Shown piece after piece: positions 10,893 to 21,405 of a stretch of DNA of 64,000 bases (the first letter of the stretch is position 1; each line of letters starts with the position of its first letter). Origin of the DNA: Eubacteriales bacterium (GTDB taxonomy: Bacteria; Bacillota; Clostridia; Oscillospirales; CAG-272); the NCBI GenBank assembly GCA_045649925.1, contig JAZRQS010000040.1, forward strand, positions 1,499-65,498, written 5' to 3'. The notes under the pieces were generated by a model. The model saw only the letters and a list, made by a program, of their open reading frames with translations, had not been told where the DNA came from and searched no databases. A program made the translations under genes and the position numbers.

Positions 10893-11288
10893 ATGCAAAT
10901 GTCAGACGTAATCGCCGATATGCTCACCAGAATCAGAAACGCGAACAATGCGCGCCATGAGACTGTTGACGTTCCGGCATCAAACATGAAAAAGGCAATC
11001 GCCGAAATACTTCTTAACGAGGGCTATATCAAGGGATATCAGATCGTTGAGGACGGCAAGCAGGGAATAATCAGAATTGCTCTCAAGTATGTGGGCAAGC
11101 AGAAGGTTATTCACGGTATCCGCAGAGTTTCCAAGCCCGGTCTTCGTATATACTCCAACTGCGAGGATATTCCGAAGGTTATGAACGGTCTTGGTACGGT
11201 TATCGTATCCACATCTAAAGGTATAATGACAGACAAAAAAGCAAGACGTGAGAACGTCGGCGGCGAGATCCTCGCATTTGTTTGGTAA
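10893..11288 (+). CDS. rpsH: 30S ribosomal protein S8
   Basis: [13 protein letters not shown]...[10 protein letters not shown]. Confidence 0.98.
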   Translation: MQMSDVIADMLTRIRNANNARHETVDVPASNMKKAIAEILLNEGYIKGYQIVEDGKQGIIRIALKYVGKQKVIHGIRRVSKPGLRIYSNCEDIPKVMNGLGTVIVSTSKGIMTDKKARRENVGGEILAFVW

Positions 11289-11303
11289 TCGGAGGTAATT
11301 GAA

Positions 11304-11855
11304 ATGTCAAGAATAGGAAAGAACCCTATCACAATTCCCGCCGGCGTTACTGTAACAATAGGTGCGGAAAATGAAGTAACAGTAAAGGGTCCTCTCGGCA
11401 CTCTTTCTGATAAGTTTAATTCCAACATGATAATCGAGTGCAAGGACGGCGTACTTACAGTTGCCCGCCCCGATGATGAGAAGCAGAATCGTGCATTCCA
11501 CGGTCTTACTCGCGCTCTCCTCAACAACATGGTTGTCGGTGTTACTCAGGGCTACACAAAGACTCTTGAGATCGTTGGTGTAGGTTACAGAGCAGAAATG
11601 CAGGGTAACAAGATAAACATGAACCTCGGTTATTCTCACCCCGTAATCATTGAGCCTGTTGACGGTATCAAGTTTGCAGTAAGCGCAAACCAGGCAGGTA
11701 ACAGCGTGATTACAATAACCGGTATCGACAAGCACCTTGTCGGACAGGTTGCGGCAAACATCCGTGCTAAGAGAGCTCCCGAACCTTACAAGGGCAAGGG
11801 CGTTAAGTACGTTGGTGAAAGAATTCGCCGCAAGGCCGGTAAGACCGGTAAATAA
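11304..11855 (+). CDS. rplF: 50S ribosomal protein L6
   Basis: MSRIGKNPI...PEPYKGKGVKY. Confidence 0.98.
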   Translation: MSRIGKNPITIPAGVTVTIGAENEVTVKGPLGTLSDKFNSNMIIECKDGVLTVARPDDEKQNRAFHGLTRALLNNMVVGVTQGYTKTLEIVGVGYRAEMQGNKINMNLGYSHPVIIEPVDGIKFAVSANQAGNSVITITGIDKHLVGQVAANIRAKRAPEPYKGKGVKYVGERIRRKAGKTGK

Positions 11856-11876
11856 TGAAAGGAGTGGAAAGAAACA

Positions 11877-12236
11877 ATGGTTAAGAGAACTGATAGCAAT
11901 AAGCAGCGTCTTAAGAGACATCTTCGCGTTAGAGCAAAGATTTCCGGAACAGCGCAGAGACCGCGTCTTGCAGTTTACCGCTCAAACGCTAACATCGTAG
12001 CGCAGATCATAGACGACGTTGCAGGTGTAACACTCGTATCTGCTTCCACCCTTGAGAAATCTTTTGAGGGTATAGGCTCTAACAAGGCTGCTGCCAGACA
12101 GATAGGCAACATCATTGCAAAGAGAGCACTTGAAAAGAATATCACCACGGTTATATTTGACCGCGGCGGCTATATCTATCACGGACGTGTATCGGAACTT
12201 GCTGAAGGAGCTCGTGAGGGCGGCCTCCAGTTCTAA
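11877..12236 (+). CDS. rplR: 50S ribosomal protein L18
   Basis: [10 protein letters not shown]...[12 protein letters not shown]. Confidence 0.98.
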   Translation: MVKRTDSNKQRLKRHLRVRAKISGTAQRPRLAVYRSNANIVAQIIDDVAGVTLVSASTLEKSFEGIGSNKAAARQIGNIIAKRALEKNITTVIFDRGGYIYHGRVSELAEGAREGGLQF

Positions 12237-12296
12237 TTCCGGTTTGTACACTGTTTCAAAAACTAATTTTTGAAAACATCATTAAGGAGAAAAAAC

Positions 12297-12800
12297 ATGG
12301 CAAATAAAATCGACGCAAGAGAGCTCGACCTTCAGGAAAAGCTCGTTGCATTAAACCGTGTTTCCAAGACCGTTAAGGGTGGCCGTATCGCACGTTTCGC
12401 TGCTATCATGGTAGTAGGTGACGGAAATGGTCATGTAGGCTTTGGTCTCGGAAAGGCAGCCGAGGTTCCGGACGCAATCCGTAAGGGAATCGAGGATGCA
12501 AAGAAAAATATGATTACGGTATCTCTCAACGGTTCTACCATTCCTCACGAGGTAATGGGAATCTATGGTGCAGGTAAGGTTCTTCTTAAGCCTGCTGCGC
12601 CTGGTACCGGTATTATCGCAGGTGGCGCAGTTCGTGCCGTTCTTGAGCTTGCTGGTATCAAGAACATCAGAGCTAAGTGCCTCCGTTCCAACAATCCTAT
12701 CAATGTTGTTAAGGCAACATTCGAGGGTCTCCGCGCACTCAGAACTGCGGAGGAAGTAGCAGCTCTTCGTGGAATCAGCGTAGAGAATGTTAAGGGTTAA
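12297..12800 (+). CDS. rpsE: 30S ribosomal protein S5
   Basis: [11 protein letters not shown]...[12 protein letters not shown]; ATG 12297 after AAGGAG. Confidence 0.98.
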   Translation: MANKIDARELDLQEKLVALNRVSKTVKGGRIARFAAIMVVGDGNGHVGFGLGKAAEVPDAIRKGIEDAKKNMITVSLNGSTIPHEVMGIYGAGKVLLKPAAPGTGIIAGGAVRAVLELAGIKNIRAKCLRSNNPINVVKATFEGLRALRTAEEVAALRGISVENVKG

Positions 12801-12815
12801 TAGGAGGACAACGTA

Positions 12816-12995
12816 ATGGAAAAGATTAAAGTTGTGCTCGTAAAGAGCCTTATCGGCGCTAAGCCCAATCAGAAGGCTACAGCCGCTTCTCTCGGCTTGA
12901 AGAAGCTCGGCGATTCCATCGTTTTGACAAACGATGCTGCAACTAATGGCAAGGTTACTGTTCTCAGACATCTTGTTAAGGTTGAAACAATATAA
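12816..12995 (+). CDS. rpmD: 50S ribosomal protein L30 (below the ORF-track cutoff)
   Basis: Manual translation [30 protein letters not shown]...HLVKVETI, 59 aa; AGGAGG RBS; lies between rpsE and rplO. Confidence 0.95.
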   Translation: MEKIKVVLVKSLIGAKPNQKATAASLGLKKLGDSIVLTNDAATNGKVTVLRHLVKVETI

Positions 12996-13021
12996 GCGAA
13001 ATACGAAAAGGAGGATTACCT

Positions 13022-13462
13022 ATGAAGCTCCATGAACTTTCACCTGCAGAAGGCTCCGCTAAGGCGAACTTCCGCAAAGGTAGAGGTCCTGCTTCCGGAA
13101 ACGGAAAGACGGCAGGAAAGGGACATAAGGGTCAGAATGCCCGTTCTGGCGGAGGAGTTAAGCCCGGTTTTGAGGGTGGACAGCTTCCTTTGTACAGAAG
13201 AAGTCCTAAGAGAGGATTTCACAATAAGTTTGGCAAGAGCTACGCTATTGTCAACGTAGATATGCTTAACAATTTTGAAGACGGCGCAGTGGTTGACGCA
13301 GCGGCTCTTATCGACTCCGGTATTATCAAGTCCGTTTGCGACGGAATCAAGATTCTCGGCGAAGGCGAGCTTACTAAAAAACTCACTGTAAAAGCAGCAG
13401 TCTTTTCAGAAACGGCTAAGGAAAAGATAGAAGCATTGGGTGGAAAGACTGAGGTGCTCTAA
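13022..13462 (+). CDS. rplO: 50S ribosomal protein L15
   Basis: [25 protein letters not shown]...FEGGQLPL. Confidence 0.98.
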   Translation: MKLHELSPAEGSAKANFRKGRGPASGNGKTAGKGHKGQNARSGGGVKPGFEGGQLPLYRRSPKRGFHNKFGKSYAIVNVDMLNNFEDGAVVDAAALIDSGIIKSVCDGIKILGEGELTKKLTVKAAVFSETAKEKIEALGGKTEVL

Positions 13463-13463
13463 T

Positions 13464-14843
13464 ATGCTTCAGACAATCAGAAATGCTTGGAAATTGCCCG
13501 ATGTAAGAAAGAAGCTCATATTTGTAGCATTCATTCTTCTTTTGTATCGTGTAGGTACAGTAATTCCCGTGCCGTTCATTAACGCATCAAACTTTGATGC
13601 AACATTTGGAAACACCATTTTCTCATACTTGGACACCTTGTCCGGTGGTTCACTTAGCGCAGCTACCCTGTTCGCGCTCGGTATTTCACCCTACATCACT
13701 TCGTCCATCGTTGTTCAGCTGTTGACAGTTGCTATCCCCGCTCTTGAGCGTCTTGCTAAGAACGGTGAGGAGGGCAAGAAGAAGATAAACAACATCACTC
13801 GTTACGTTACTGTAGCGCTTGCAGTTGTTTCAGCTATCGGCTACTACGCTCTTCTTTCAAACAGCGGAATGTTGCTCCCTGCAGCAAGAGTAGGCGGAGG
13901 CAGTACTTGGTTCCTTTACGCTTCCGTAATTGTAATTTGCTTCTGCGCGGGCGCTTCACTCGTTATGTGGCTCGCAGAGAAGATAAACGAAAACGGAATA
14001 GGAAATGGTATTTCGCTCATCCTTTTTGCAAACATCATCAGCGTATTGCCCTCTATGTTCATCAGACTCTTTGAGGTAACAAGAATGGGCTTTGCAGCTG
14101 GCGTTGCAGAAGGCTTGATAGCTATAGCGCTTGCACTCTTGGTAGTTGTTGCGCTTATCGCTGTAACAGTATTCATCGTTTTCGTAACAGGAAGCGAACG
14201 CAGAATACCTGTTCAGTATGCAAAGAGAGTCGTTGGACGTAAGATGTACGGCGGACAGAACACTCATCTGCCGATCCAGTTGAATATGTCAGGCGTTATG
14301 CCCGTCATCTTCGCTTCATCTATCATCTCGTTCCCTGCGACAATAATGGTGCTCTTCGGAGTAAACGACAAGACAGAAGGCTTCTGGGGAGGATTCTACA
14401 GATTCTTCGAGGCAGACGGCTGGTTCTATCCTGTAATGCTCTTCGTGCTCATCATTCTGTTTGCATATTTCTACGCTTCGTTCTCATTCAACCCCGTTGA
14501 GATTTCAAACAATCTCAAGAAGAACGGCGGTATGATACTTGGTGTAAGACCTGGCAGACCGACAGCGGAATTCATTTCAAAGATTCTCTCAAAGGTAGTG
14601 CTTATCGGCGCACTCTTCTTGAGCATAATCGCAATTTTGCCGATAATTGCCAACCCGCTCGTGCTTTCTCCCGCTCTCGACTTCGTCCTTGGCGGTGCAG
14701 ACAAGACCACGATCCAGTCGCTCGCTTCCAGCTTCACATTCGGTGGAACATCACTTCTTATCGTAGTCGGTGTTGCTCTCGAGTTTGCGAAGGAGCTTGA
14801 GGCACAGCTCACAATGCGAAACTACAAGGGATTCCTTTCCTGA
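13464..14843 (+). CDS. secY: Preprotein translocase subunit SecY
   Basis: FALGISPYITSSIVVQLL, GIGNGISL, FGGTSLLIVVGV. Confidence 0.98.
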   Translation: MLQTIRNAWKLPDVRKKLIFVAFILLLYRVGTVIPVPFINASNFDATFGNTIFSYLDTLSGGSLSAATLFALGISPYITSSIVVQLLTVAIPALERLAKNGEEGKKKINNITRYVTVALAVVSAIGYYALLSNSGMLLPAARVGGGSTWFLYASVIVICFCAGASLVMWLAEKINENGIGNGISLILFANIISVLPSMFIRLFEVTRMGFAAGVAEGLIAIALALLVVVALIAVTVFIVFVTGSERRIPVQYAKRVVGRKMYGGQNTHLPIQLNMSGVMPVIFASSIISFPATIMVLFGVNDKTEGFWGGFYRFFEADGWFYPVMLFVLIILFAYFYASFSFNPVEISNNLKKNGGMILGVRPGRPTAEFISKILSKVVLIGALFLSIIAILPIIANPLVLSPALDFVLGGADKTTIQSLASSFTFGGTSLLIVVGVALEFAKELEAQLTMRNYKGFLS

Positions 14844-14863
14844 GTTGCGTAGAGGAGAAAGTT

Positions 14864-15499
14864 ATGAAAATAATATTTCTCGGAGCTCCCGGCGCCGGTA
14901 AGGGCACACAGGCAGAGATAGTTTCCGAGAGACTTGGTATTCCTACCATTTCCACCGGAGCTATCATCAGAGCCGCTATCAAGTCGGGTTCCGACATAGG
15001 CATGGCGGCAAAGAAATATATTGATGCGGGACAGCTCGTTCCCGACGAGGTCGTTATCGGCATCGTCGCAGAGCGTTTGGCTCAGGACGACTGCAGTAAC
15101 GGGTACATCCTTGACGGATTTCCCCGTACGGTTCCGCAGGCAGAGGCGCTCGATGCAATGGGCGTGAAGCTTGATTGTGCGCTCAGCCTTGAGGTAAGCG
15201 ATGAAACGATTATCGAGAGAATGAGTGGCAGACGAGTTTGCGATGCGTGTGGCGCAACATATCACATAAAGCACAATCCCTCGGCGGACGGTGTGAACTG
15301 TGATAAGTGCAAAATTCCGTTGTCGCTTCGTCGTGATGACGCTCCCGAGGTTGTAAAAAGCCGTTTGGAGGTCTATCATAGCACGACCGAGCCGCTCAAG
15401 AGCTATTATGCCGAAAAGGGTATATTGAAGCTCGTTGAAGGTCAGGACGAGGTGGAAAACACTTCGGCATTGACACTCGAAGCCCTCGGAGTTAGATGA
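14864..15499 (+). CDS. adk: Adenylate kinase
   Basis: GAPGAGKGTQ, LDGFPRT, Zn-lid CDAC/CDKC. Confidence 0.98.
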   Translation: MKIIFLGAPGAGKGTQAEIVSERLGIPTISTGAIIRAAIKSGSDIGMAAKKYIDAGQLVPDEVVIGIVAERLAQDDCSNGYILDGFPRTVPQAEALDAMGVKLDCALSLEVSDETIIERMSGRRVCDACGATYHIKHNPSADGVNCDKCKIPLSLRRDDAPEVVKSRLEVYHSTTEPLKSYYAEKGILKLVEGQDEVENTSALTLEALGVR

Positions 15500-15503
15500 C
15501 TAT

Positions 15504-16256
15504 ATGATACGTTTAAAAAATCCGGAACAAATCGAACTGATGAAGGTGGCAGGAAGGATTACAGGCGAGGCACTTCTCGTAGCCGAGGCGGCTATACGCC
15601 CCGGTATCTCCACAAAGGAGATAGACACTAAAATACGAGAGTACATCGAAAAATGTAATGCCCGACCCACGTTTCTCGGTTACGGAGGCTTCCCCGGAAG
15701 CGCATGTATAAGCGTAAACAACGAAGTCATTCACGGAATACCATCAAAGAAGAAAATTCTTTGTGAAGGTGACATTGTAAAGGTAGACGTTGGCGCATGT
15801 TATCGCGGTTACAACGGTGACAGCGCTCGCACCTTTGCGGTGGGACGGATAAGTGAAGAGGCGCAGCGTCTTATAGACGTTACCCGCGAGAGCTTTTTCG
15901 AGGGTATCAAGCACGCCACTCACGAGAGCCGTATCGGTGATATAGGAAGCTCAATTGACGCCTACGTCAGAGGAGCGGGATTTTCGGTGGTGCGCAAGTA
16001 CGTCGGACACGGAGTAGGAGCTGAATTGCACGAGGATCCTGAGGTTCCAAACTTTGGAACGGCAGGACGAGGAGTGCGAATATACAACGGCATGACGCTT
16101 GCCATAGAGCCTATGGTAAATGTGGGAACTGCCGAGGTAAAGGTGCTTGGTGACGGATGGACGGTAGTCACGGCTGACGGTAAGCTGTCTGCTCATTACG
16201 AGCATTCGGTAGCCATTACGCCAGACGGACCTATACTGCTCACCGACGTAAAATAA
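15504..16256 (+). CDS. map: Methionine aminopeptidase type I
   Basis: [28 protein letters not shown]. Confidence 0.97.
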   Translation: MIRLKNPEQIELMKVAGRITGEALLVAEAAIRPGISTKEIDTKIREYIEKCNARPTFLGYGGFPGSACISVNNEVIHGIPSKKKILCEGDIVKVDVGACYRGYNGDSARTFAVGRISEEAQRLIDVTRESFFEGIKHATHESRIGDIGSSIDAYVRGAGFSVVRKYVGHGVGAELHEDPEVPNFGTAGRGVRIYNGMTLAIEPMVNVGTAEVKVLGDGWTVVTADGKLSAHYEHSVAITPDGPILLTDVK

Positions 16257-16302
16257 AAGAAGATGCGAAAGCATTTCATCTGACAAGATAGGAGTGATTA
16301 TT

Positions 16303-16524
16303 CTGCCAAAGGACGATCTTATAGAATTTGAGGATGGCGAGGTAATCGAAGCATTGCCCAATGCCAACTTTAAGGTAAAGCTCCCGAATGGTCACATAGT
16401 GACAGCACACATTTCGGGCAAGCTGAGAATGAATTATATTAAGATTCTTCCCGGAGATACAGTAACTGTTGAGGTTTCAGTTTACGACCTCACAAAGGGA
16501 CGTATCACCTGGAGAAAAAAGTAA
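16303..16524 (+). CDS. infA: Translation initiation factor IF-1 (probable CTG start)
   Basis: [37 protein letters not shown]; start placed from SD spacing. Confidence 0.95.
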   Translation: MPKDDLIEFEDGEVIEALPNANFKVKLPNGHIVTAHISGKLRMNYIKILPGDTVTVEVSVYDLTKGRITWRKK

Positions 16525-16556
16525 AATAGTTCTGATGAAAGGAACGGTATAAAACA

Positions 16557-16670
16557 ATGAAAGTTAAGCCTTCCGTCAAGAAGATTTGCGAAAAGTGCAA
16601 AATCATCAAGAGAAAAGGCCGCGTGATGGTTATCTGCGAGAACCCCAAGCACAAGCAGAAGCAGGGCTAA
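16557..16670 (+). CDS. rpmJ: 50S ribosomal protein L36 (Zn type; below the ORF-track cutoff)
   Basis: Manual translation [37 protein letters not shown]. Confidence 0.97.
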   Translation: MKVKPSVKKICEKCKIIKRKGRVMVICENPKHKQKQG

Positions 16671-16735
16671 TACACGCGCAATAAACAAACAAGCCTAAAA
16701 GGCAAAAAGAAATTTAAAAAGGAGATAATATCCAT

Positions 16736-17104
16736 ATGGCTCGTATAGCTGGTGTTGATATTCCAAACAACAAGCGCGTAGAGATAGCACTTACCTATAT
16801 CTACGGTATCGGCTTGAAGAGTTCTCGTGATATCCTCGCAAAGACAGGCATCAACCCTGACACTCGCGCAAAGGATCTTACAGAACAGGAAATAGCAAAG
16901 CTCCGTGACGAGATAGAAGCTTCCTACCAGGTAGAAGGCGACCTTCGTCGTGAAGTTGCGCTTAACATTAAGAGATTGGTTGAGATTAACTGCTATCGCG
17001 GAATCAGACATAGAAAAGGTGTGCCCGTAAGAGGTCAGAGAACAAAGACCAACGCAAGAACAAGAAAAGGTCCCGCAAAGACCATCGCAAATAAGAAGAA
17101 ATAA
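16736..17104 (+). CDS. rpsM: 30S ribosomal protein S13
   Basis: [10 protein letters not shown]...[14 protein letters not shown]. Confidence 0.98.
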   Translation: MARIAGVDIPNNKRVEIALTYIYGIGLKSSRDILAKTGINPDTRAKDLTEQEIAKLRDEIEASYQVEGDLRREVALNIKRLVEINCYRGIRHRKGVPVRGQRTKTNARTRKGPAKTIANKKK

Positions 17105-17116
17105 GGAGAGAACAAG

Positions 17117-17509
17117 ATGGCTACACCTAAGAAGGTTATCAAGAAGCGCCGCGAGCGCAAGAACATCGAAAAAGGTTCTGCACATATTCGTTCTACTTTC
17201 AACAACACCATTGTTACAATCACTGACACACAGGGTAACGCAGTTTCCTGGGCAAGTGCTGGTGAGCTCGGTTTCAAGGGTTCCAGAAAGTCTACTCCTT
17301 TCGCAGCTCAGTCTGCAGCAGAGCAGGCTGCTAAGCTCGCAATCGAGCATGGAATGAAGACTGTAGAGGTTTACGTAAGAGGTCCTGGAGCAGGTAGAGA
17401 ATCTGCAATCAGAGCTCTTCAGACCGCAGGACTTGACATCACAATGATTAAGGACGTAACACCCATCCCTCACAACGGATGCCGTCCGCCTAAACGCCGT
17501 CGCGTTTAA
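17117..17509 (+). CDS. rpsK: 30S ribosomal protein S11
   Basis: [12 protein letters not shown]...[18 protein letters not shown]. Confidence 0.98.
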   Translation: MATPKKVIKKRRERKNIEKGSAHIRSTFNNTIVTITDTQGNAVSWASAGELGFKGSRKSTPFAAQSAAEQAAKLAIEHGMKTVEVYVRGPGAGRESAIRALQTAGLDITMIKDVTPIPHNGCRPPKRRRV

Positions 17510-17530
17510 TTAAAAGGGAGGTAAAAAGAA

Positions 17531-18157
17531 ATGGCTAGATATACAGGACCAAGCTGCAAGCTCTGCCGCAGAGAGGGAACAAAGCTTTTCCTCAAGGGCG
17601 AACGTTGCACATCCGGCAAGTGCGCATTTGAGCACAGAAGCACAGCCCCCGGTCAGCATGGCGCTGCCCGCAAGAAGGTTGAAGAATACGGAAGACAGCT
17701 TCGCGAAAAGCAGAAGACAAGACGCTATTACGGAGTTCTTGAGAAGCAGTTCGTAAGATACTATGAAATGGCAGAAAAGAAGGAAGGCATGACAGGTGAA
17801 AACCTCCTCATTCTTCTTGAGCGCCGCCTTGATAACGTAGTTTACAGAATGGGTATGGCAAAGAGCCACAAGGAAGCTCGTCAGCTCGTACTCCACGGTC
17901 ACTTCACACTCAACGGTAAGAAGGTAAATATTCCTTCCATTCTCGTTAAGGCTGGCGACGTGATCTCAGTTAAGGAGTCAAGCCGTGATTCTGTAAAGAT
18001 TAAGGAACTTGCTGAAGCACTTGAAGGTCAGCTTAAGCCCAAGTGGCTCGACGTTAACTCTGCAAGCTTGACAGCTAAGGTTGTCAATCTCCCTGCAAGA
18101 GAAGACATCGACTTCCCCTTCGAGGAACAGCTCATCGTCGAACTTTACTCCAAGTAA
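17531..18157 (+). CDS. rpsD: 30S ribosomal protein S4
   Basis: [16 protein letters not shown]...[13 protein letters not shown]. Confidence 0.98.
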   Translation: MARYTGPSCKLCRREGTKLFLKGERCTSGKCAFEHRSTAPGQHGAARKKVEEYGRQLREKQKTRRYYGVLEKQFVRYYEMAEKKEGMTGENLLILLERRLDNVVYRMGMAKSHKEARQLVLHGHFTLNGKKVNIPSILVKAGDVISVKESSRDSVKIKELAEALEGQLKPKWLDVNSASLTAKVVNLPAREDIDFPFEEQLIVELYSK

Positions 18158-18298
18158 TAGTCGCCTCCGATACGTTGTATATACAGCGGAGCGCGACTGT
18201 TGCAGTCGGACTACGTCGTTGTACAGCTTATCAATTGTGTTATACACTTATCTTTTATGGATAAAGTATCCAAAAATTGAATTTAGGAGGATTACCAG

Positions 18299-19267
18299 AT
18301 GTTTGAGAAACCGAATATTACTGCCACTGTTCTTAATGCAGACGGCAGCGAGGGAGAATTTATCGTAGAGCCCCTTGAAAGAGGCTACGGCACTACTCTC
18401 GGAAACTCTCTTCGCCGTATACTGCTCAGCTCATTGCCCGGATATGCTGCTACCAACATCATGATAGCAGGCGTAAAGCATGAGATCTCTACAGTGGAGG
18501 GTGTAAAAGAAGACGTTCCCGAAATTGTTCTTAACGTAAAGGGAATTATAGCAAAGCTTCATACAGACAGCCCCAAGGCTGTAAGAATAGACGTTGTTGG
18601 ACCTCGCAAGGTTACAGCAGGCGACATTGCGCCTGATGCCGAGATCGAGATCCTCAATCCCGAGCATCACATTGCTACTGTAAGCGATGGTGAGAGATTC
18701 ACTATGGACCTTACCTTCGGCTGTGGCAGAGGTTATGTATCTCAGGACAAGAACAAGCAGAACTATATGTCTACGCTTGGACCCAACGTCAGTGCGCCTA
18801 TCGGCACTATTTTCACCGACTCTATATTCACACCTGTTTACAAGGTTGAATACAAGGTTGAAAACACCCGTGTTGGCAACATCACAGACTATGACAAGCT
18901 TACGCTCAGAGTTCTTACAAACGGAACAATATCGGCAAAAGAAGCAATTTCTCATGGAGCCAAGATTCTCAACGAGCATCTCAACCTCTTTGTAAACATG
19001 TCAGATGATGCAAAGAACGCAGTAATTATGGTTGAGCGTGAAGAAACCAAAAAGGAAAAGGTTCTTGAGATGTCCATTGAGGAACTTGACCTGTCTGTCC
19101 GCAGCTTCAACTGCTTGAAGAGAGCCGGAATAGACACAGTAGAGGACTTGATAAATCGCACCGAGGAAGATATGATAAAGGTCAGAAACCTCGGAAGAAA
19201 ATCGCTTGAAGAAGTTATACAGAAGCTTCATTCATTGGACCTCGATCTTAAGAGATCCGACGACTGA
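18299..19267 (+). CDS. rpoA: RNA polymerase alpha subunit
   Basis: [22 protein letters not shown]; alpha[17 protein letters not shown]. Confidence 0.98.
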   Translation: MFEKPNITATVLNADGSEGEFIVEPLERGYGTTLGNSLRRILLSSLPGYAATNIMIAGVKHEISTVEGVKEDVPEIVLNVKGIIAKLHTDSPKAVRIDVVGPRKVTAGDIAPDAEIEILNPEHHIATVSDGERFTMDLTFGCGRGYVSQDKNKQNYMSTLGPNVSAPIGTIFTDSIFTPVYKVEYKVENTRVGNITDYDKLTLRVLTNGTISAKEAISHGAKILNEHLNLFVNMSDDAKNAVIMVEREETKKEKVLEMSIEELDLSVRSFNCLKRAGIDTVEDLINRTEEDMIKVRNLGRKSLEEVIQKLHSLDLDLKRSDD

Positions 19268-19290
19268 AATTTAAATAGGAGGTAAAACTA

Positions 19291-19665
19291 ATGCCAGGAA
19301 CAAGAAAGCTCGGCAGACCTACTGCTCATAGAAACCTGATGCTTAGAGGTTTGGTAACATACCTTTTTGAGTACGGCAAGATTGAGACAACTCTCACAAG
19401 AGCAAAAGAGGTTCGTGCCCTTGCAGAAGATATGATCACTCTCGCTAAGAAGAACACACTTGCTTCTTACAGAGAGGCTCTTGGATATATCACAAAGGAA
19501 GATGTAGCAAAGAAGCTCTTCGACCAGATCGCTCCCGCATATGAGAACAGAGCAGGTGGTTACACCCAGATTTTCAAGCTCGGTCCCCGTCGTGGTGACG
19601 CAGCTGAAATGGCTCTTATCAAGCTCGTAGATACTGCTTCCAAAGAGGAAGAAGTAAAAGAGTAA
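19291..19665 (+). CDS. rplQ: 50S ribosomal protein L17
   Basis: [10 protein letters not shown]...RAGGYTQI...RRGDAAEMA. Confidence 0.98.
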   Translation: MPGTRKLGRPTAHRNLMLRGLVTYLFEYGKIETTLTRAKEVRALAEDMITLAKKNTLASYREALGYITKEDVAKKLFDQIAPAYENRAGGYTQIFKLGPRRGDAAEMALIKLVDTASKEEEVKE

Positions 19666-19670
19666 TAAAT

Positions 19671-19706
19671 AAAGCGCCGTCGAATTATTTCGACGGCGTT
19701 TTTTTG
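19671..19706 (+). terminator. Intrinsic terminator of the ribosomal superoperon
   Basis: GCGCCGTCGAA-TTAT-TTCGACGGCGT followed by a T-run. Confidence 0.9.
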
Positions 19707-19716
19707 CCATAACGTA

Positions 19717-19745
19717 TTGAAAACATAAATAAAATGTGATAAAAT
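19717..19745 (+). promoter_or_regulatory. SigmaA promoter for the HAD-IIA gene
   Basis: TTGAAA-17-TAAAAT with extended -10 TG. Confidence 0.6.
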
Positions 19746-19836
19746 AAATCACATGGAAAGAAAGCAATGCGAAGCAGTTAAAAGCTAAAGCAAAAAGCAA
19801 GCAAGGATAAACAAAAACAAACGAAAGGCGACCGAT

Positions 19837-20631
19837 ATGAACAATTACGAAGCTATCCGTCATAAAAAAGGCTTTATATGCGATATGGACGGAGTTATAT
19901 ATCACGGAAACAAGCTAATTCCTCATGTGAAGGAATTTATAGAATGGCTTGAGAAAAATGACAAGAATTATCTCTTCCTCACAAACGGCTCCGGTCGTTC
20001 TCCGCGTGAGCTCGCACAAAAGCTCGCAAGAATGGGACTTGACGTCGATGAGAGCCATTTCTACACGTCAGCTCAGGCTACAGCCTCCTTCCTTGCAAGT
20101 CAGTGCGAGGGCGGCTCTGCATACGTTATAGGCGAGCCGGGCCTTACCTACGCTATGTATGAGGCAGGCTTCAGCATGAACGATATAAACCCCGATTACG
20201 TTGTTTTCGGTTCAAGCAAATCTCTCAACTACGAGCAGATAGAAAAGGCGTCACGCCTTATAATGAACGGCGCAAAGCTCATCGGTACAAACAGCGACCT
20301 CACAGACCCCTCGGAAAACGGAATAGTCCCTCCCTGCCGAGCTCTTATAGCTCCTATCGAGCTTACCACAGGAAGAAAGGCATACTATATAGGAAAGCCT
20401 AATCCCCTTATGATGCGCCATGCGCTCAAAAAGCTCGGCTGTCACAGAGTGGATTCTATACTCATCGGTGACAGAATGGACACCGACATTATAGCAGGAA
20501 TAGAAACCGAGATAGATACAGTGCTCGTGCTTTCGGGTGTAACAAAGCTTGATGACCTTGAAAAATTCCCCTACAGACCAAAATATATTATGCAGGACGT
20601 CGGTGGAATTGCAGGCATCGAAGAAAAATAA
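19837..20631 (+). CDS. HAD-superfamily subfamily IIA hydrolase (NagD-like)
   Basis: FICDMDGVIY, LTN, IGKP, IGDRMDTDIIAG. Confidence 0.92.
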   Translation: MNNYEAIRHKKGFICDMDGVIYHGNKLIPHVKEFIEWLEKNDKNYLFLTNGSGRSPRELAQKLARMGLDVDESHFYTSAQATASFLASQCEGGSAYVIGEPGLTYAMYEAGFSMNDINPDYVVFGSSKSLNYEQIEKASRLIMNGAKLIGTNSDLTDPSENGIVPPCRALIAPIELTTGRKAYYIGKPNPLMMRHALKKLGCHRVDSILIGDRMDTDIIAGIETEIDTVLVLSGVTKLDDLEKFPYRPKYIMQDVGGIAGIEEK

Positions 20632-20632
20632 A

Positions 20633-20661
20633 TTGACAAATAGCGACAAGTAGAGTATAAT
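20633..20661 (+). promoter_or_regulatory. Consensus sigmaA promoter for xpt
   Basis: TTGACA-17-TATAAT. Confidence 0.85.
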
Positions 20662-20692
20662 AGATTTATTAAAAATAAGGACGGGTGACGAT

Positions 20693-21274
20693 ATGAATTT
20701 CTTGGAAGAACGCATTATGCGAGACGGCTTGGTTAAAGAGGGAAACGTGCTTAAGGTAGACAGCTTCCTCAATCACCAGATGGATGTGGAATTGCTTGAT
20801 AAAATAGGCGAGGAGTTTCACAGGCGCTTTGCAGATAAACAGATAACCAAGGTGCTTACCATTGAGGCATCGGGTATCGCTATTGCATATGCAGTTGCAC
20901 GTAGCTTCGGCGTGCCTATGGTGTTTGCAAAAAAGGCTAAAAGCATAAACATTGACGGCGACGTATATACCGCAGAGGTAGAGTCGTTTACCCACAAGAA
21001 CAAAAATCAGGTTATGGTGTCAAAGAGATTTTTGTCAAGCGATGACAAAATACTTATCGTCGACGACTTTTTGGCAAACGGCTGCGCCCTTCAGGGACTT
21101 ATCTCTATTGCAGAGTCTGCCGGTGCAAGCGTAGAGGGAATAGGCATCGCTATCGAAAAGGGCTTCCAGTTCGGCGGTAGAAGCATCAGAAACCTCGGCT
21201 ATCACCTCGAGTCGCTCGCCATAGTAGATGCGATGGACGCTGAGACAAAGACCATCATCTTCCGCAAGCAGTAA
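20693..21274 (+). CDS. xpt: Xanthine phosphoribosyltransferase
   Basis: [36 protein letters not shown]. Confidence 0.95.
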   Translation: MNFLEERIMRDGLVKEGNVLKVDSFLNHQMDVELLDKIGEEFHRRFADKQITKVLTIEASGIAIAYAVARSFGVPMVFAKKAKSINIDGDVYTAEVESFTHKNKNQVMVSKRFLSSDDKILIVDDFLANGCALQGLISIAESAGASVEGIGIAIEKGFQFGGRSIRNLGYHLESLAIVDAMDAETKTIIFRKQ

Positions 21275-21334
21275 GCGATACATAGACTTGTCGACTTGAG
21301 GCTTTTGTCGGCAGCTACCAGTATAGCTTTTAAC

Positions 21335-21371
21335 AAAAAGGACAGAGAATGAAAAATTCTCTGTCCTTTTT
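21335..21371. terminator. Bidirectional terminator between xpt and the ABC operon
   Basis: Perfect 16-bp inverted repeat AAAAAGGACAGAGAAT/ATTCTCTGTCCTTTTT between convergent genes. Confidence 0.85.
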
Positions 21372-21405
21372 GATTTTGTTGCATGTAAATAAATGTTTAC
21401 AGCGA

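Noticed and set aside
16257-16302. KOW/L14e-like small gene often found between map and infA in Clostridia
   Set aside because: The gap is only about 46 nt; the gene is simply absent, which is ordinary variation.
4021-19665. Genetic-code reassignment (for example CGG or AGG, as in some Bacillota)
   Set aside because: Conserved proteins translate normally, and the few CGG codons checked fall at Arg- or polar-compatible positions. This was only a spot check.
4059-19905. Many long minus-strand ORFs opposite ribosomal genes (for example 6064-6708, 11307-11921, 16667-17473)
   Set aside because: Antisense frames produced by strong codon bias; no RBS or recognisable motifs.
20662-20692. Guanine riboswitch upstream of xpt
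   Set aside because: The promoter sits about 30 nt from the ATG, leaving no room, and there is no consensus match.
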